From Anthoceros angustus (taxonomy: Eukaryota; Plantae; Anthocerotophyta), in contig MU008187.1 in NCBI GenBank assembly GCA_010909165.1, forward strand, positions 190,247 to 254,246: a stretch of 64,000 bases of DNA, in the 5' to 3' direction. Numbering within the stretch: position 1 is the stretch's first letter; every line of letters starts with the position of its first letter. Below the pieces are notes generated by a model. It was not told where the DNA came from and made no database searches. It saw nothing but the letters and a program-made list of their open reading frames with translations. Shown one piece after another: positions 48,013 through 60,219 of this stretch. The translations under genes and the position numbers were made by a program.

Positions 48013-50348
48013 ATGCTTGCGGAGCCAAGAGCTGACGCGGAATCGGGAGTTACGATGACGAGAGAGGGAGCCATTGAGCTCAATGAGCATGTCATGTCGA
48101 GTATGTGTATGGGCCAAGTCTTCAAAGATTACGTAAGTTCTCATCCTGGCCTCGTGTCTGATGTTTGTGGTGCTGTTTGGTTTGGGCCAAGTCTTCAATG
48201 ATACGTAAATTCTCATCCTGGCCTCGTGTCTGATGTTTGTGGTGCTGTTGGGTCTGGTAATTTGGACGCGGCTGTCACAGTGTGCCTTGACGTAGGGGCA
48301 TTTGGTGGCCTGGGTTGGTTTAGGTCAATTAGCCTAAACCATTCACACACTTGAGAGTGTGTGAGTGTGCTGCAGATACACTCACGGTTGCATCCGTGCT
48401 GCTTTGTGCTTGAAAGAATTTGGTTGACGGGTTTTCGTTTGCAGGAAGGCAAAATTAACTCGCTGGATTTTCACCGGACTGAAGACCTTCTGGTCACAGG
48501 TAGCGAGGACGAGTCTATAAGGCTGTACAGCACCACAACTGCCACGTGAGTTTGTGATTTCAAGTCCATTGCCCGTATGATATGTCGCTTACCTTGCAGG
48601 TTCTCCTTTGTTTAGCATCTTTTCATTATTATGTGGGATTCCACAGGCTTCTAAAGACAATACATAGCAAAAAGTATGGAGTTGACCAAATTGTGTTCAC
48701 GCATCATAAGGATGCTGTAATCTATTCCTCAAAGAATTCTTGGGATGGTAGGCACGGGACTAGGGTGAAAATGACGCACCTCGTGAGCATGTGTCTTCCA
48801 GGTTCTCAAATGACTGTGACTAGATTGGTGTTGCTTTTCTACTTGCAGAATCTCTGCGATACCTGTCCTTGTTTGACAACCGTTATCTGCGCTACTTCAA
48901 AGGACATCGAGATAGGTCAGTGACATCCTCATTTCCTCATTTTTTTCTATGTAGCATCTGGTTTCTTGAGCTGCCAGCCGGCCAATCTTGATGGGCTGTA
49001 TGTTGACAAGGTTCAATCTTGTAGCATTCTCACACACTCTTCATCTTTCAGGGTTGTGTCCTTGGCAATGTCCCCAAAGAACGATGCTTTCATGTCTGGT
49101 TCATTAGATCACACAGTTAGGATCTGGGATGCTCGAGTTTCGCTGTGCCAGGTAGATCTCCACTCCCCTTGCTAACTCCAAGTTTAAGCTTCAAGCAACT
49201 GCTGCTTGGCCACTCAGTTCCAGTCTAGGTCATAGATTTGTTATGTATGCATGTATTTGTGTCAACACTGACGGAATGGCGGACATGCCTCCGGCTGTGC
49301 AGGGCCTCATACGTGTCCGTGGCAGACCATCTGTGGCATATGACCAACAAGGTCTTGTGTTTTCAGTTGCCATGGAGGGTGGCGCTATCAAACTTTTTGA
49401 TGTACGGTCATTTGAGAAGGTATTCTGACGGTGTTCTATGCAGCAGCAGTCAGCTATGTTTTACAAGGAATACGTTCAGCTCTGATGCTTTGTGCTTCCT
49501 TACCTTGCAGGGCCCTTTCGACTCATTCTTCGTGGGCGGTGACACTGCTGAGATTTTTAGCATGAAGTTTAGCAACGATGGAAAGCTCATGCTTCTGTCA
49601 ACAAGTGGCGGCCATGTGTATCTGCTTGATGCATACACAGGCAGGAAGGTATGCTCCTTTTACTTGTAAAGCATACTGTGATACAGTTCTGTTTTTCTGC
49701 AAGTGCATCTGGAAAGGGGCCAGCCCATTCTTCTTAATCTGGCAGACATTCTGTTGTGGAACAAGTTTATGTTCATGTTTAATGTGAAATTCCGTTTTGC
49801 TTGCTTTCTGTAGCTGCATGGCTTCACCCTGGAGCCCAATCGTGAGGGAGAACCGTTAGAAGCTTCCTTCAGTCCCGATGCGCAGTTTGTGTTGTCTGGT
49901 ACGAATCCTTGTCGTCGCCAAACAGTTTAGAGCTTCGTTCATTCGACATGAGTAGTCTGTGTTGTCACTGGCAAATCTTTCTTGGCATCGGTATTTGGGT
50001 GGTGATTTGGTGTCAGAACTTACTAGAGCTGGTGTGATGCAGGCTCTGGCGACGGTAGCCTCCGTGTTTGGAGTACGTCCACTGGGGAGCAGGTAGCAGC
50101 ACTTCTCCATGTCCCATCTCCATGTCTCCCCTCCATTGAAGAAGCATGTTGATAAATTACAGTGGTCCCCTCGATGTGCGCAGGTGGAATGCTGGACTAA
50201 TCTAGGGGGAGTGCCAGCGGCAGTGAAATGGTCACCACGACGGTTGATGTTTGCTACAGCATCCAGTGTTCTTGCCTTCTGGATTCCGGACGGGGATAAA
50301 TTCAACGCACATGCGCAAAGTAATGGCATGCTGACAGCCGGACACTAA
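48013..50348 (+). CDS. WDR82: WD repeat-containing protein 82 (COMPASS/PNUTS subunit, Swd2-like), multi-exon
   Basis: ELNEHVMSSMCMGQVFKDY, GKINSLDFHRTEDLLVTGSED, SKKYGVDQIVFTHH, LRYLSLFDNRYLRYFKGHRD, VVSLAMSPKNDAFMSGSLD, RPSVAYDQQGLVF, GPFDSF, FSNDGK, EASFSPDAQFV and KWSPRRLMFATASSVLAFW. The ATG is at 48013 or 48055. Confidence 0.93.
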
Positions 50349-50656
50349 GTTGGCGACTCGTACGGGATAAGGTCTTACCTTACGAGTTTTGTGTCTGAGT
50401 ATTCGGATGTTATCAGTTGTAAGATAGAAATTCCATTTTTTTTCCATAGGGAGGGTGGGTAGACGTCCATACATCGATGAGTAATTTTCAGGTGGAGGAA
50501 AAATGACTATCGATAGACAACGGAAAAATGTGGACTACGTTCTCAAATATACAGGTTTGCTGACCAAGTAGGATCGTTGCCTCCCAACTGAAACTAAACT
50601 TACGGACTTTTGTTCCAAGAGGAGATCAAAACTTGCTTCTCGACATTAGAACCTTC

Positions 50657-51933
50657 TCAAAGCCCGTACCCAAAAACAGCGCGAATCTTGTGGAAAATCA
50701 GGTCCTTCCAACCTCTGGTGGTGTTCTCAACAACAGTTTCGTTGCCGTACCTGCAACACCCCACCCTTTACTTAGTACAGAGCAATACGTAGCCACTACA
50801 GTGGCGACCTCAGCAAAATGCTGACAACAGGAAGCCTGGACTCACTTGTCCTCCTCGGGCACATCAGTTTGCGTCAGTTTCACAACAGTCACGCCAGTCT
50901 CCGGCTCCTCGATTGTCAGACACACCTGCACAGTCATACGCAGCTGGTTAGAGCCAGACACAAAACCAGACACATGATTGCAACGAACTTAAGGCTGCGC
51001 AAAGGCAGTACACATTGCCAAGTTGTGAAGCGCAAAAAGAGAAGGAGAATTGACGCTGCTTACATTGGAGTAAAGACCATCCCGCCAGTTGGCAAACCGC
51101 CACTTCTGCATGATCAACTTATTTAATTCAAGCTTGACATAAATGCCTTCCACAGCACCGTCAAAGAGCAGAAACCTGCCACCGACTTCAGGGCTGATTT
51201 GAGCCCTGCTTTGGGTAAAAGCCTTCCATCTCTTCTCATCCAGCAGAATGTCGTAGATATCACTAGCACGGCAGTGAAACCTTTCTGTCAGCAAAATAGT
51301 TCTGAACCCCTCCCTCCCCTTTGGCTTAGGGGCAGGAGTGACCTTGGCTTCATAGGAGGTCTTCATGGAGTTAGTCCGACCATCAGACTGCGACTTAGCA
51401 CCTCCTTTCTGTTCCAACTCCTCTTTACAAGGACCACCTACCTTCATATGCTTCACATACTCCGCAACTCTGGCAAAAATGATCGGCTTGCCTTTCGCCA
51501 CAAACGCCTCCTTCAGGCGCTTCCCCACCGGCGTCTCATCAGCAACTGTCACTTTCAGCTCAGGATCTTCATCAGCATTCTCGTCAGCAATGTAGGGCAT
51601 TTCGACCTTTCCCGCAACCTTCGCAAGACTGTTTCCAGTACCATCTTTCGCTTCCCCCTCCCAGTTCAGCCTCACCTTCAACTCGTAACCTGGAATGATC
51701 TTCCCCTTCCGGATGTTCACGTAGGATTCCCCCGTGACGCTCTCTAATTTTGCTGTCTTAATCCAAAGGCCACCTTCGCCAGTGAGCACTTCAATGTTCT
51801 CCAGTAGTTCACCAAAACGCTTGCGAGACCATTCGAGGCAGTCTTTCTCGGCCCAGTGCCAGTTGTGCACATTGGTGCCGTCTGCTCTCTCCTGGACAAT
51901 CCAACGCTTATCCCCTTCACCGTACTTTGCCAT
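50657..51933 (-). CDS. AHA1: Activator of Hsp90 ATPase 1
   Basis: MAKYGEGDKRWIVQERADGTNVHNWHWAEKDC, RKGKIIPGYEL, EMPYIADENADEDPE, QKWRF..W.DG, then exons KLTQTDVPEED and YGNETVVENTTRGW..IF.KIRAVFGYGL*. Confidence 0.95.
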
Positions 51934-52883
51934 TGATATCCGAGTGCAGAGCGAACTCCACACGCACTACTCCAAGCACGTATCGCTCGGAAGCGCACCT
52001 GGCACAAAGACGTCGCAAAGCAACTCAACCAGAGATCTTGGGAAATGCGACACGACCAGATAACAACACGACCAGCATAACTGAAGGCGCGTCCCGTTAG
52101 GGCTTCGACGCCTCGCGCACTCACCAAAACGCTGCGCTTCGACCGTGTCTTCGAATGTCTCTCCCTGAAAAACCAAGATACTCAGCGTTCCGGAACCTGC
52201 AGACTTCCTCACTGAGTTCTCCGCAAAACCAACACGACTCTGAGACTTCCATCTCAAGCGAAAAACGGATCGACCCAGTCCGGGTGACTCGCACACTGAC
52301 CAAAACCTAAACAGAAGACCGCACGTTCCGGTTCCGACTAGAGCAATGACTTATCGAAGCACCAAAGCAGACATTGTGAACGCAACCCGGCAGCCAATGC
52401 ACGAGGTAACCGAGAAAATCGAGACTAGCAGGGAGCCGGAAAGCAACCAACCTAGCCGTCAGCTACTACCGCAGCAGCAGCAGACAGAACTAGACAAGAG
52501 CAACATTATCCTGCGGTTACATTCACTGCGGGCGCTGGCCAGACATACCTCCAATCTCGTCATGCCACCCAATCGCCAGGATGCGGATATCTCACGAAGC
52601 CGGCGCGGAGCCGATCACTGAACATCTACGCTTGTAAGGGCGACCAAGAGAATTAATCTGCCGAAACGGGATGCTCCTGGACGTTCTGGAAGGTTCAAAG
52701 GCCGCTTCCTAAAACACGACCGACTCTTGGTCTCCCGCTAAATGCTCGAGTTTTTACTGCGCCTTGAAAACGCGAGCCTTCTTTGTGGACCACAAATTTT
52801 CCAAACACAAAATTGACTTTTTCATAGGGGACCCATCCTCAAAAAGGAAAATACAAAACAATATAATAATGTATACAAGACTA

Positions 52884-52888
52884 TGACG

Positions 52889-52920
<32 letters not shown>

Positions 52921-52963
52921 TGGAGCCTAAATCCAGCGCCTTAGACCACTCGGCCAAACCGTC
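52884..52963 (-). tRNA. trnL: tRNA-Leu(TAG), 80 nt
   Basis: GACGGTTTGGCCGAGTGGTCTAAGGCGCTGGATTTAGGCTCCAGTCCGAAAGGGCGTGGGTTCAAATCCCACAGCCGTCA. Confidence 0.95.
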
Positions 52964-53039
52964 ATAAGATGTGCATCAATACTTCTACATAAAGATTTAT
53001 TTTAGTCTTCACGGTTTCCCCGATTTCCCGTTATTCTAA

Positions 53040-54230
53040 ATTTCATCTAGTATGTGAAGCATATAAAATATCTAGTAGGTTGAAAATTTGGATATACTTT
53101 GTTCTGAAATCCGACATTTGTTTCAAGCATATACCTGTAAGAATAGGGTGAGGAAAAGAGAAGAAGCTTAGGAGCAAGACTGAGTTGCTGTGAATATTCT
53201 GAAATCCGACATTTGTTTCAAGCATACACCTGTAAGAATAGGGTGAGGAAAAGAGAAGAAGCTTCGGACCAAGACTGAGTTGCTGTGAATAAGTTGGCAA
53301 AAGCATTTCTAATATCTTCATAGACGGGGCAGAAGAAAAGAAAGTGTTCCTCAGTCTCAACATCCCTGATGCATAATCTGTATATTTTGGTTTCCTTAGG
53401 TGGCCTTCGATGTAACCATCTATAAGTCCCAATCCTGAGACAGTGAGACCCCACACGAAAATGACCTATAATCATCCTAAGGTTAAAGGACACATGGTTG
53501 CGAAGATAGAGTGGAAGCAGGGTCTCCCAGACTTGGAGAGGATACGGAAAAAATTATTTGAAAGTCTAGAGTTTAGTGGGTAAGGATCTAGAGAATGGAG
53601 AACAAAGGTAGGAGAGATGGGTGGATTGTAGAGTGGAAAGTTCTAAAGAACGTAGAGATTGCAATTCATTACAAATGAATCTATTGGAAGGAAGAGGCAA
53701 ACATTGGAAGAGGGGGTGGGGTGGGAGACTTTTAGACAGAACCCAAGCAAAAGATTGGGCATATTAGCAAGTCTTGCTACCTGAAGATGCTAACTTCCGC
53801 GGACACTAAAAAGCAAGGAGAAGGTATGAGGGAGTGAAGGTGGGGTTAGTGGATTGATCAGCTTCCTCTACAACATAGAGGCCATACATGAAGCTGGTTA
53901 GACGAAACAAACCCTCAAGCTCAAGTAGGAAAGTGGCAAATCTGGAAAAAAGATAGCCAAGGGGACAAACTTCTTACAGATGATATGCGTCCACATAAAG
54001 GATGTTTGAACCCGTTAGACCTTGCTCAAGTCATCCTGCGAAAGGGGCCCCAAAACTCCGTAGCAAACATAACGGAGGGAACAACAACTGTGTTGAACAC
54101 CCACTGCTAAGTGGGGATATCGTCCCTGATGTGCATCCTAGAGCATTGCCTCCAAACCCCACATGCTGATGCCACACCCTTGACAATGCGAGTGGTAGCA
54201 TAGAGCTTCCACTGAAGTCTCATGTTGTAA
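53040..54230 (-). mobile_element. 5'-truncated, decayed non-LTR retrotransposon (LINE) ORF2 3' end
   Basis: FNTVVVPSVMFATEFWGP, then IGHFRVGSHCLRIGTYRW...RLC..DVETEEHFLFFCPVYEDIR (CCHC-like C-terminal motif). There is a ~105-bp tandem duplication near the 3' end. Confidence 0.75.
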
Positions 54231-54899
54231 GCATCTTGTGCTTCGATCGATACTTAGATAGGGTGCTTAAAGGGAGTGGATGCCCTTGGTGCTAGTAGCT
54301 TAGGCACACCATTGTTAAGTACAAGTCCTATGATAGGATCATCCAAGTCAACTGTAACACACTTCTTTTTCTTCTTCTTCACCCTCAAGCTCCTGGTGAT
54401 TTTGGGTATAATTTGAGCCCATCAAAATTTAGGACCTACTTTTACATCGTTCACATGATTTGTTCTAGAAAGGAATGCAACACTTTTGCATGACATATTT
54501 AACTTGGTATTAAAGGGGGTGAAACTTGTGAAGTGAGCTGACTCAACTGTTGTAGCATCTCATTCGTCAGCCATAGCTTGAGCATAACAATTGCGCTCAT
54601 GTTGTTGTAGCGAGAGAGACCAACCTAGACAAAGATACACTGATAGCTCTAATAGTTTGCGGTCATTTCTTCATCTACACGGTGATAGGAGCCACCAAAT
54701 CAAAGCTCCGCCAATTGAGATTTGTATTTCTCTCTACAATATGATGGGCTCTAGTGGTCTTCAAAATATGTTTTAGAAAAATAAAAGAATTGGCAGTGGA
54801 GAACTAACAAAATCTAGATTTGCTTAGTTGCTTCTATCTAGGTATTTACCAAACAAAGAGGATATATTTGAAGAGTCTAATGGGCTATCATTATCCTAG

Positions 54900-55140
54900 A
54901 AGTAGGGCTGTTTTACAAAAGGCGAGGTAGGGCTATTTTACAACAGGCGATACAGGTAGGACTGTTTTACAACAGGTGGTAGAGGTAGGGTTGTTTTGTA
55001 ACAGGTGGTAGAGGTAAGACTATTTTACAATAGGACTATTTTACAACAGGTGGTAGAGGTTGGGTTGTTTTGCAACAGGTGATAGATATAGGGCTGTTTT
55101 ACAATAGGTGGCCCTGTGTAGGGCTGCTCTACAATAGGCG
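54900..55140. repeat. ~29-bp minisatellite GGGCTGTTTTACAACAGGTGGTAGAGGTA
   Basis: About 7 degenerate copies. Confidence 0.8.
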
Positions 55141-55634
55141 GCCCAATAGAGCTTTTTAACAACAAGCGACTCCGCAGGCCTTTTTCACAACGGAGGATTT
55201 AAAGAAATTAAGCTTGGCTAGATGTTGCATATCCATGATGATAAGTCTTGGAAACGGACTCCTTTGGTATCATCCGCTCAATTGACATAAGAATAGAACA
55301 AGTTTTGTTTTACTTGTTGAGCGGCGAAAGACACATCTGCTTTTCTCTTTTGGATGATAAACTAAGCGATCCCTGACCTTATCCTATAAAATCCCCCGTT
55401 CTTGCCAATTTTGTTGAAATTCCCAATTCTTCCGCCAATAATTTTGAAATTCGCCCATTGTGCTGTTTACAACTGTGTTCGCTGGTTTCCACACTATCTC
55501 GAATCCGTCGTGCTAATAAATATCGACGGGCAAGTCTCCACCTTCCCAAATCACAGCGCGTTACACGAGCAGCTTTCGCGTTCCAAGAAATGGTATCCAC
55601 TGGTTTGGTGCTCCTTGCAACGATTGAAGGCAAA

Positions 55635-57456
55635 TCATGCACCTCTACCAGCAGGCAGTATGTTCAATGCGACCTCCTTCAGAGAAGGCATTGCAGATTG
55701 CTCGTGCACTACTACATAGTCGTCATCCACTCTTCGCAGAACCTGCCACGGACCGGGATAGGCCCTGCACGGGAATCAAACACCAACCATGATTCCTTTT
55801 CAACCGCCAACATCCATCCAATAAAGGCGATGGCAAAGGAGGTTAACCTGAATAATGCTCCTCCCTGGGTGCCTTTGAAGTTGTGGATGTAGTATGCAGT
55901 CTCAAACCTAGGTAGGAAGCTTGTCGCCAGGGCTGCAAGCTTCGGGTAGAAGAAGGACGGGTAGTCTGGCCCAGCTGTTGTTAAGAAGGACACAACCCAC
56001 AACGTCCAACCATGTGTTATGCCACGACGGGTTGTCTGCAAGCTGTCATCCCAACAAAGTTTTCCAATACCTAGGTGCGTTTACAGAAGGATACAGCCGC
56101 TTCTTATTCTATCCAGCTCCCCGTTGAAGACTATAATAGGGCGACCTGAGGACACTGCGGAGTCCTGAAAGAGCTCCTCCACAGCCAGCATTTCTGGAAA
56201 ACACAATAGCCCTAACATCTCAGCAGGAAAACAAGAGGGATTTCCAGCTCGAAGCATGTTACAAGTAGAACTTTACCGTTCACGTTGAACGAGGGGTAAG
56301 CCACAACAAACATCTCATCACTAGGTTTTGCACGGTCAGCCATCCTCAACTTCTTGCCAAATCCACCGAGGCCAAAATCCTCCAATCCAGAGGGCCTGGT
56401 TAAGAAGTCCAGTTGAAACCTGGTTCCCTCAAACTCACCAGCTCTAGCCACATCAACCTCGTTTGCATCTGGCAAAAACTGCACAGCCAAGGCCTCAATG
56501 ATGCTCTACATGAGCGAGAGAGCAGCAGGAGCACGTTCCAAACTCACTACTCTCGTCGCCGCTGCTTTCTGGCTTGGCACCAGAGCTTCGCAAAAATTCC
56601 GGATGAAACCGATATTCTTTGACATTTCAATTCCTCCCTCAGCATCACCTGCCAAGCGTTCTCATGAAATCTTCCATCCTCCGTCGGATGATCTGATCTT
56701 ACATCCAGACAATCATATAGCAACAAGGTGACTCACTCACCTGGAACGGAGCTAAGGCCAGCAGTAGGGAACTCGATTTCCTGTGATCAAGCGCACGAAA
56801 CGGCTTGTTTCGCTGAAATGGTGAAATGAAGGGGCACAAAGCAGAAGGTGGACGAGCAGGCACAGGCGGAGAAGACCAGTAATTTCTTGGAGTCTGCAAG
56901 CGCGGCTTTGGAGGCGTTTGTGACCTGGGATGGACGATGAATTCAGTATGGCAAGGAAGAGTACACCAGAGACAAAAGGCCAGCATTGTCGTCACCACAT
57001 ACCAAGGTGAACTCACCTGTCGCATGAGCTGGTCATAATCGGCAGGAAACTGCACAGCCGCGCGTGGCGGCAATGGCAAGCGCGAGCAGTCATACCTCCG
57101 TGGTGGTAAGTGCAGCTTGCAGTTACTCCCATGGCTCAGCTGGGGGAGTGGCACAGGCATTCAGTCTGTGAGATGCATGAAGGAAAACAATGTAGAAAAA
57201 GCATCCCGCTGTTGAGGCAAACGTACCGAAGACGGGAAGGGCGAGGATAAGGTACCCATCGTCAGGTGTCGGAAACAGTGTTGTTTGGTTGCATACTACA
57301 TACATACAGCAACTGGGCATGAATTTGTGGGCAGCGGGATTTGGTCCTGGTTCCCCCTACAGTACGTGCATCACTTGTGTAGACAAACCCGGTCAAGGAA
57401 GAAGCCGAGGTCGATAACTTCTTGACAGATCTAATGAGTGCAGATGAAGAAGGCAT
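55635..57456 (-). CDS. LPA3: LOW PSII ACCUMULATION 3 (DUF1995 family), chloroplastic, multi-exon
   Basis: Exons encode FPADYDQLMRQ, GDAEGGIEMSKNIGFIRNFC, FLPDANEV..F.GTRFQLDFLTRPS..EDFG..MADRAKP.DEMFVVAYPSFNVN, YPSFFYPKLAAL..FLPRFETAYYIHNFKGTQGGALFR and AYPGPWQVLRR..MPSLKEVALNILP*. The start is inferred. Confidence 0.88.
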
Positions 57457-57600
57457 TGTGGCCAGAGTTTGACCTACTTCCGGACTCTGCTGCCAGGTCG
57501 TGTTACACCCTGCTGTCAACCATTCGGAAGATGCACTAGACTTCTCTCTGTGCAGATAAGCTGCATGCTCTTGCTACATCGTGTGATTGGACATTATAAG

Positions 57601-57730
57601 CTTGGAGAAAGTCTCGTGATGCGATAACAAGACATGGCTTGCTTGTGGGCTTGTGTGAGGGGATGCTGTGAGACTTGGAGAATGTCTCGTGATGCGATAA
57701 CCAGACATGGCTTGCTTGTGGGCTTGTGTG
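57601..57730. repeat. ~57-bp direct repeat x2 upstream of LPA3
   Basis: CTTGGAGAA.GTCTCGTGATGCGATAAC.AGACATGGCTTGCTTGTGGGCTTGTGTG at 57601 and 57674. Confidence 0.8.
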
Positions 57731-58157
57731 TGGGCATCCTCTGTGACATGCCGGACGTAATAGAGGAGAACTCATGGAGCAATATCCTTCCGACCTACCC
57801 ACCTTGTGTTTGCAGACAGCTGCTTCTTCCAGCTCCCCTTCGAGGCACGGATGTAGCCCATGCCACCAACAGACCGCCTGTACCTGTTTCTCTATCCGTC
57901 ACAAAGCAGGGCCTCCACAGCTGAGAAGATTTCTCTCTTCGGTCCACCTCGCATGCGCAACTCACTGCCATGACGGAGATACATCACAAAGCATGAGACC
58001 AGACAACGAAGGAGAGGGCCATGCAAGACACAAAGACTGTTTCGAAACAGCCCTTGCATTGGGCACACATCAGCTCACCTACTCTCTTAGTGAAGCACGG
58101 CTCAAGGATTAGGCTGCCCGAGGAACAAACACTGACCGAACTCAGCCCACAACCTCT

Positions 58158-60013
58158 TCACTGTGCTCTGGACCTCACGGATCTCCGCTTCTTGTAGAGC
58201 TTCGCCAGTCTCGCATGCTCCCGGGCAGCCGAGACAAGCTCGAGGGGAAAGATGGTTTCACTCGTCGACTTCAGAGCCTTGTAGCCAAGAAGCGACGATA
58301 TCCGGTTTAGGCAAGCAGACTTGTCCACACCCCCGTCCTGCACCCTTCTCGGCGTGTAGGCAGGATCAAACACCAGCAGTGGAGGCAACCCCGACAAATG
58401 ACTAGCCAGGAAGTTGATGGCAATGTCATCACATCCCTGCACCTCGTCCACGTAGTCTCTCAACTCCTGCAAACAAAAAAAACACAACCACCATCTCAAC
58501 ACCCACTTCTCACTCAAAACCAAACTTACTCCCCACAAACAAAACACCCAACAAGCGCAGCACCTGGGGAGCATCGCAGGTATACGCTCTAAAGTAGTCC
58601 GCATGCATAACCATGCCCCCATTCGACGTGACCAAGGAATATCTCCTCCCGGGCTTCCCATACACCAACACCCCAGACCCAACATCCCTCGAATACGCAG
58701 CCGCAGAGAACCCCACAATCCGGTACGGGTCCTTCTTCCACGCACGAAAAGCAGCCATGACCGCGGCCTTACCAACCTTCACCACCGAATCCACAACCAA
58801 AACACAAGCCGTCCCGAGGTTCGGAATGGGCCTGAACTTATCATTCAAGCTGCTCCTCCCGGAATACCTCACATCCACAGAGCTCCGCAACCCAAAATCC
58901 TTGGGATCCTCAGGCACGGTCTTGGGCGACCCCCAAACCACAAACATCCTCTCCACCACATCCATACTGTCATAATGCTCCAGCACCTCCTTCAACCTCA
59001 CCATCCCCTCCTCCCCGCCCTCCCCAAAGAAGACCACCACCGAGAGCTGCTCCAACCCCGCCCCCGCCTGCCTATACGCCATGAAATCCCCCAAACACAC
59101 AGCACTATGCCTCAACATCGGCCGGGACAACCCACCACCACCTTCCGTCCCATTTGCAGCCTCCCACCGCAGCATCATCCGAAACGCATCCCACCACATC
59201 CCATCATACCTCCTCGTGCTCGGCTGCCTCGGATCCTGCACCAGGTTCCAGGGCTTCCCAAGCCCCGAGAAATGCAGCACCAGGAGCTTGGGCTCCACCC
59301 ATGCGTCCCAGGTGGAGAACTGCGACACCCGCACCAGCGCATTGTACCCGTAGTGCAGCTTCCCTCCCTCCCGATACCAGTCGTGGAAGTACTCGTTCAG
59401 GAATCCCTGGTCCCCCACGTTGGGCGACGGGAGCAAAGAAACCTTCCCCAGCATGTCCTCAAAGACGCTCGCATTGGGGTGGAGAACCATGAGCCCGCTG
59501 TTGAAGCGGTCCGGGGGCAGGCTGTCAGGCACCGCGGTGAGCTGGGGGCGGGGGCCCAGGAAGAGGTGGTCCAGGCTCCGCAGCACCAGCATGTCCGCGT
59601 CCAAGTAGACGATGCGGCGGTAGTCCGTCATCCCCCACAGCGTGAGCTTGGAGTACCTGCAGGGCTTGGCGATGGCGGCTCGGGCCTCCGTCACCTGCCA
59701 CGGATACTCCACCGGGTTCCCCACCCGGTGCACTGTCCCCCCGAGCGCCCGCAGCCTGGCCCCCACCCGCTCCGAGACCTCCGGCATGGCCAACACCACG
59801 ATCTCTTTCGCCGTGCCCGTCTGCCGCAAGGAAAACACCAGCACAGCCGCCGCCTCCTCCATCGCGTCGTTGCACAGCAGCGTCGCGTACGCCTCCTTCC
59901 CCGGCCCCTCCTTCCCGCCGCCTCCGCCGGCGGCGCCGCCCACAGGAAGAATGCGTACCCGCCGCCGTGATCTGCAGCAGCAGCGCCAGACCCACCACCC
60001 GCCGAGCCTCCAT
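58158..60013 (-). CDS. Two-domain glycosyltransferase: GT8 (glycogenin/PGSIP-like) fused to GT64 (EXTL/EPC1-like); one intron, apparent frameshift near the N-terminus
   Basis: GT8: AYATLL, YSKLTLWGMTDYRRIVYLDAD, FNSGLMVLHP, GDQGFLNEYF, HFSG..KPW. GT64: SSLNDKFRPIP.L.T..VLVVD, AF.AWKKDPYRIVGF, YSLV, HADYFRAY, CDDIAINFL, KSACLN. The hydrophobic leader MEARRVVGLALLLQITAAG lies in another frame. Confidence 0.85.
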
Positions 60014-60219
60014 CGCACCTGCGTCACCCTCTCCCCCTTCTCCTCCTCCTCCTTCCTCTTCTTCCTCTTCTTCCTCTTCTTCCGCTTCTCTCGACTTCAC
60101 TTGCATGCCATGCGGGCTTTTATACCTCCTCTTCCTCCTCCCGTGCTCCTTCCACTCCCGGCTTCTTGTGCTTGCTTTGAGGCCTGAATTGCTCTCGGGT
60201 ACCGGGCCTTCTTGGCACG

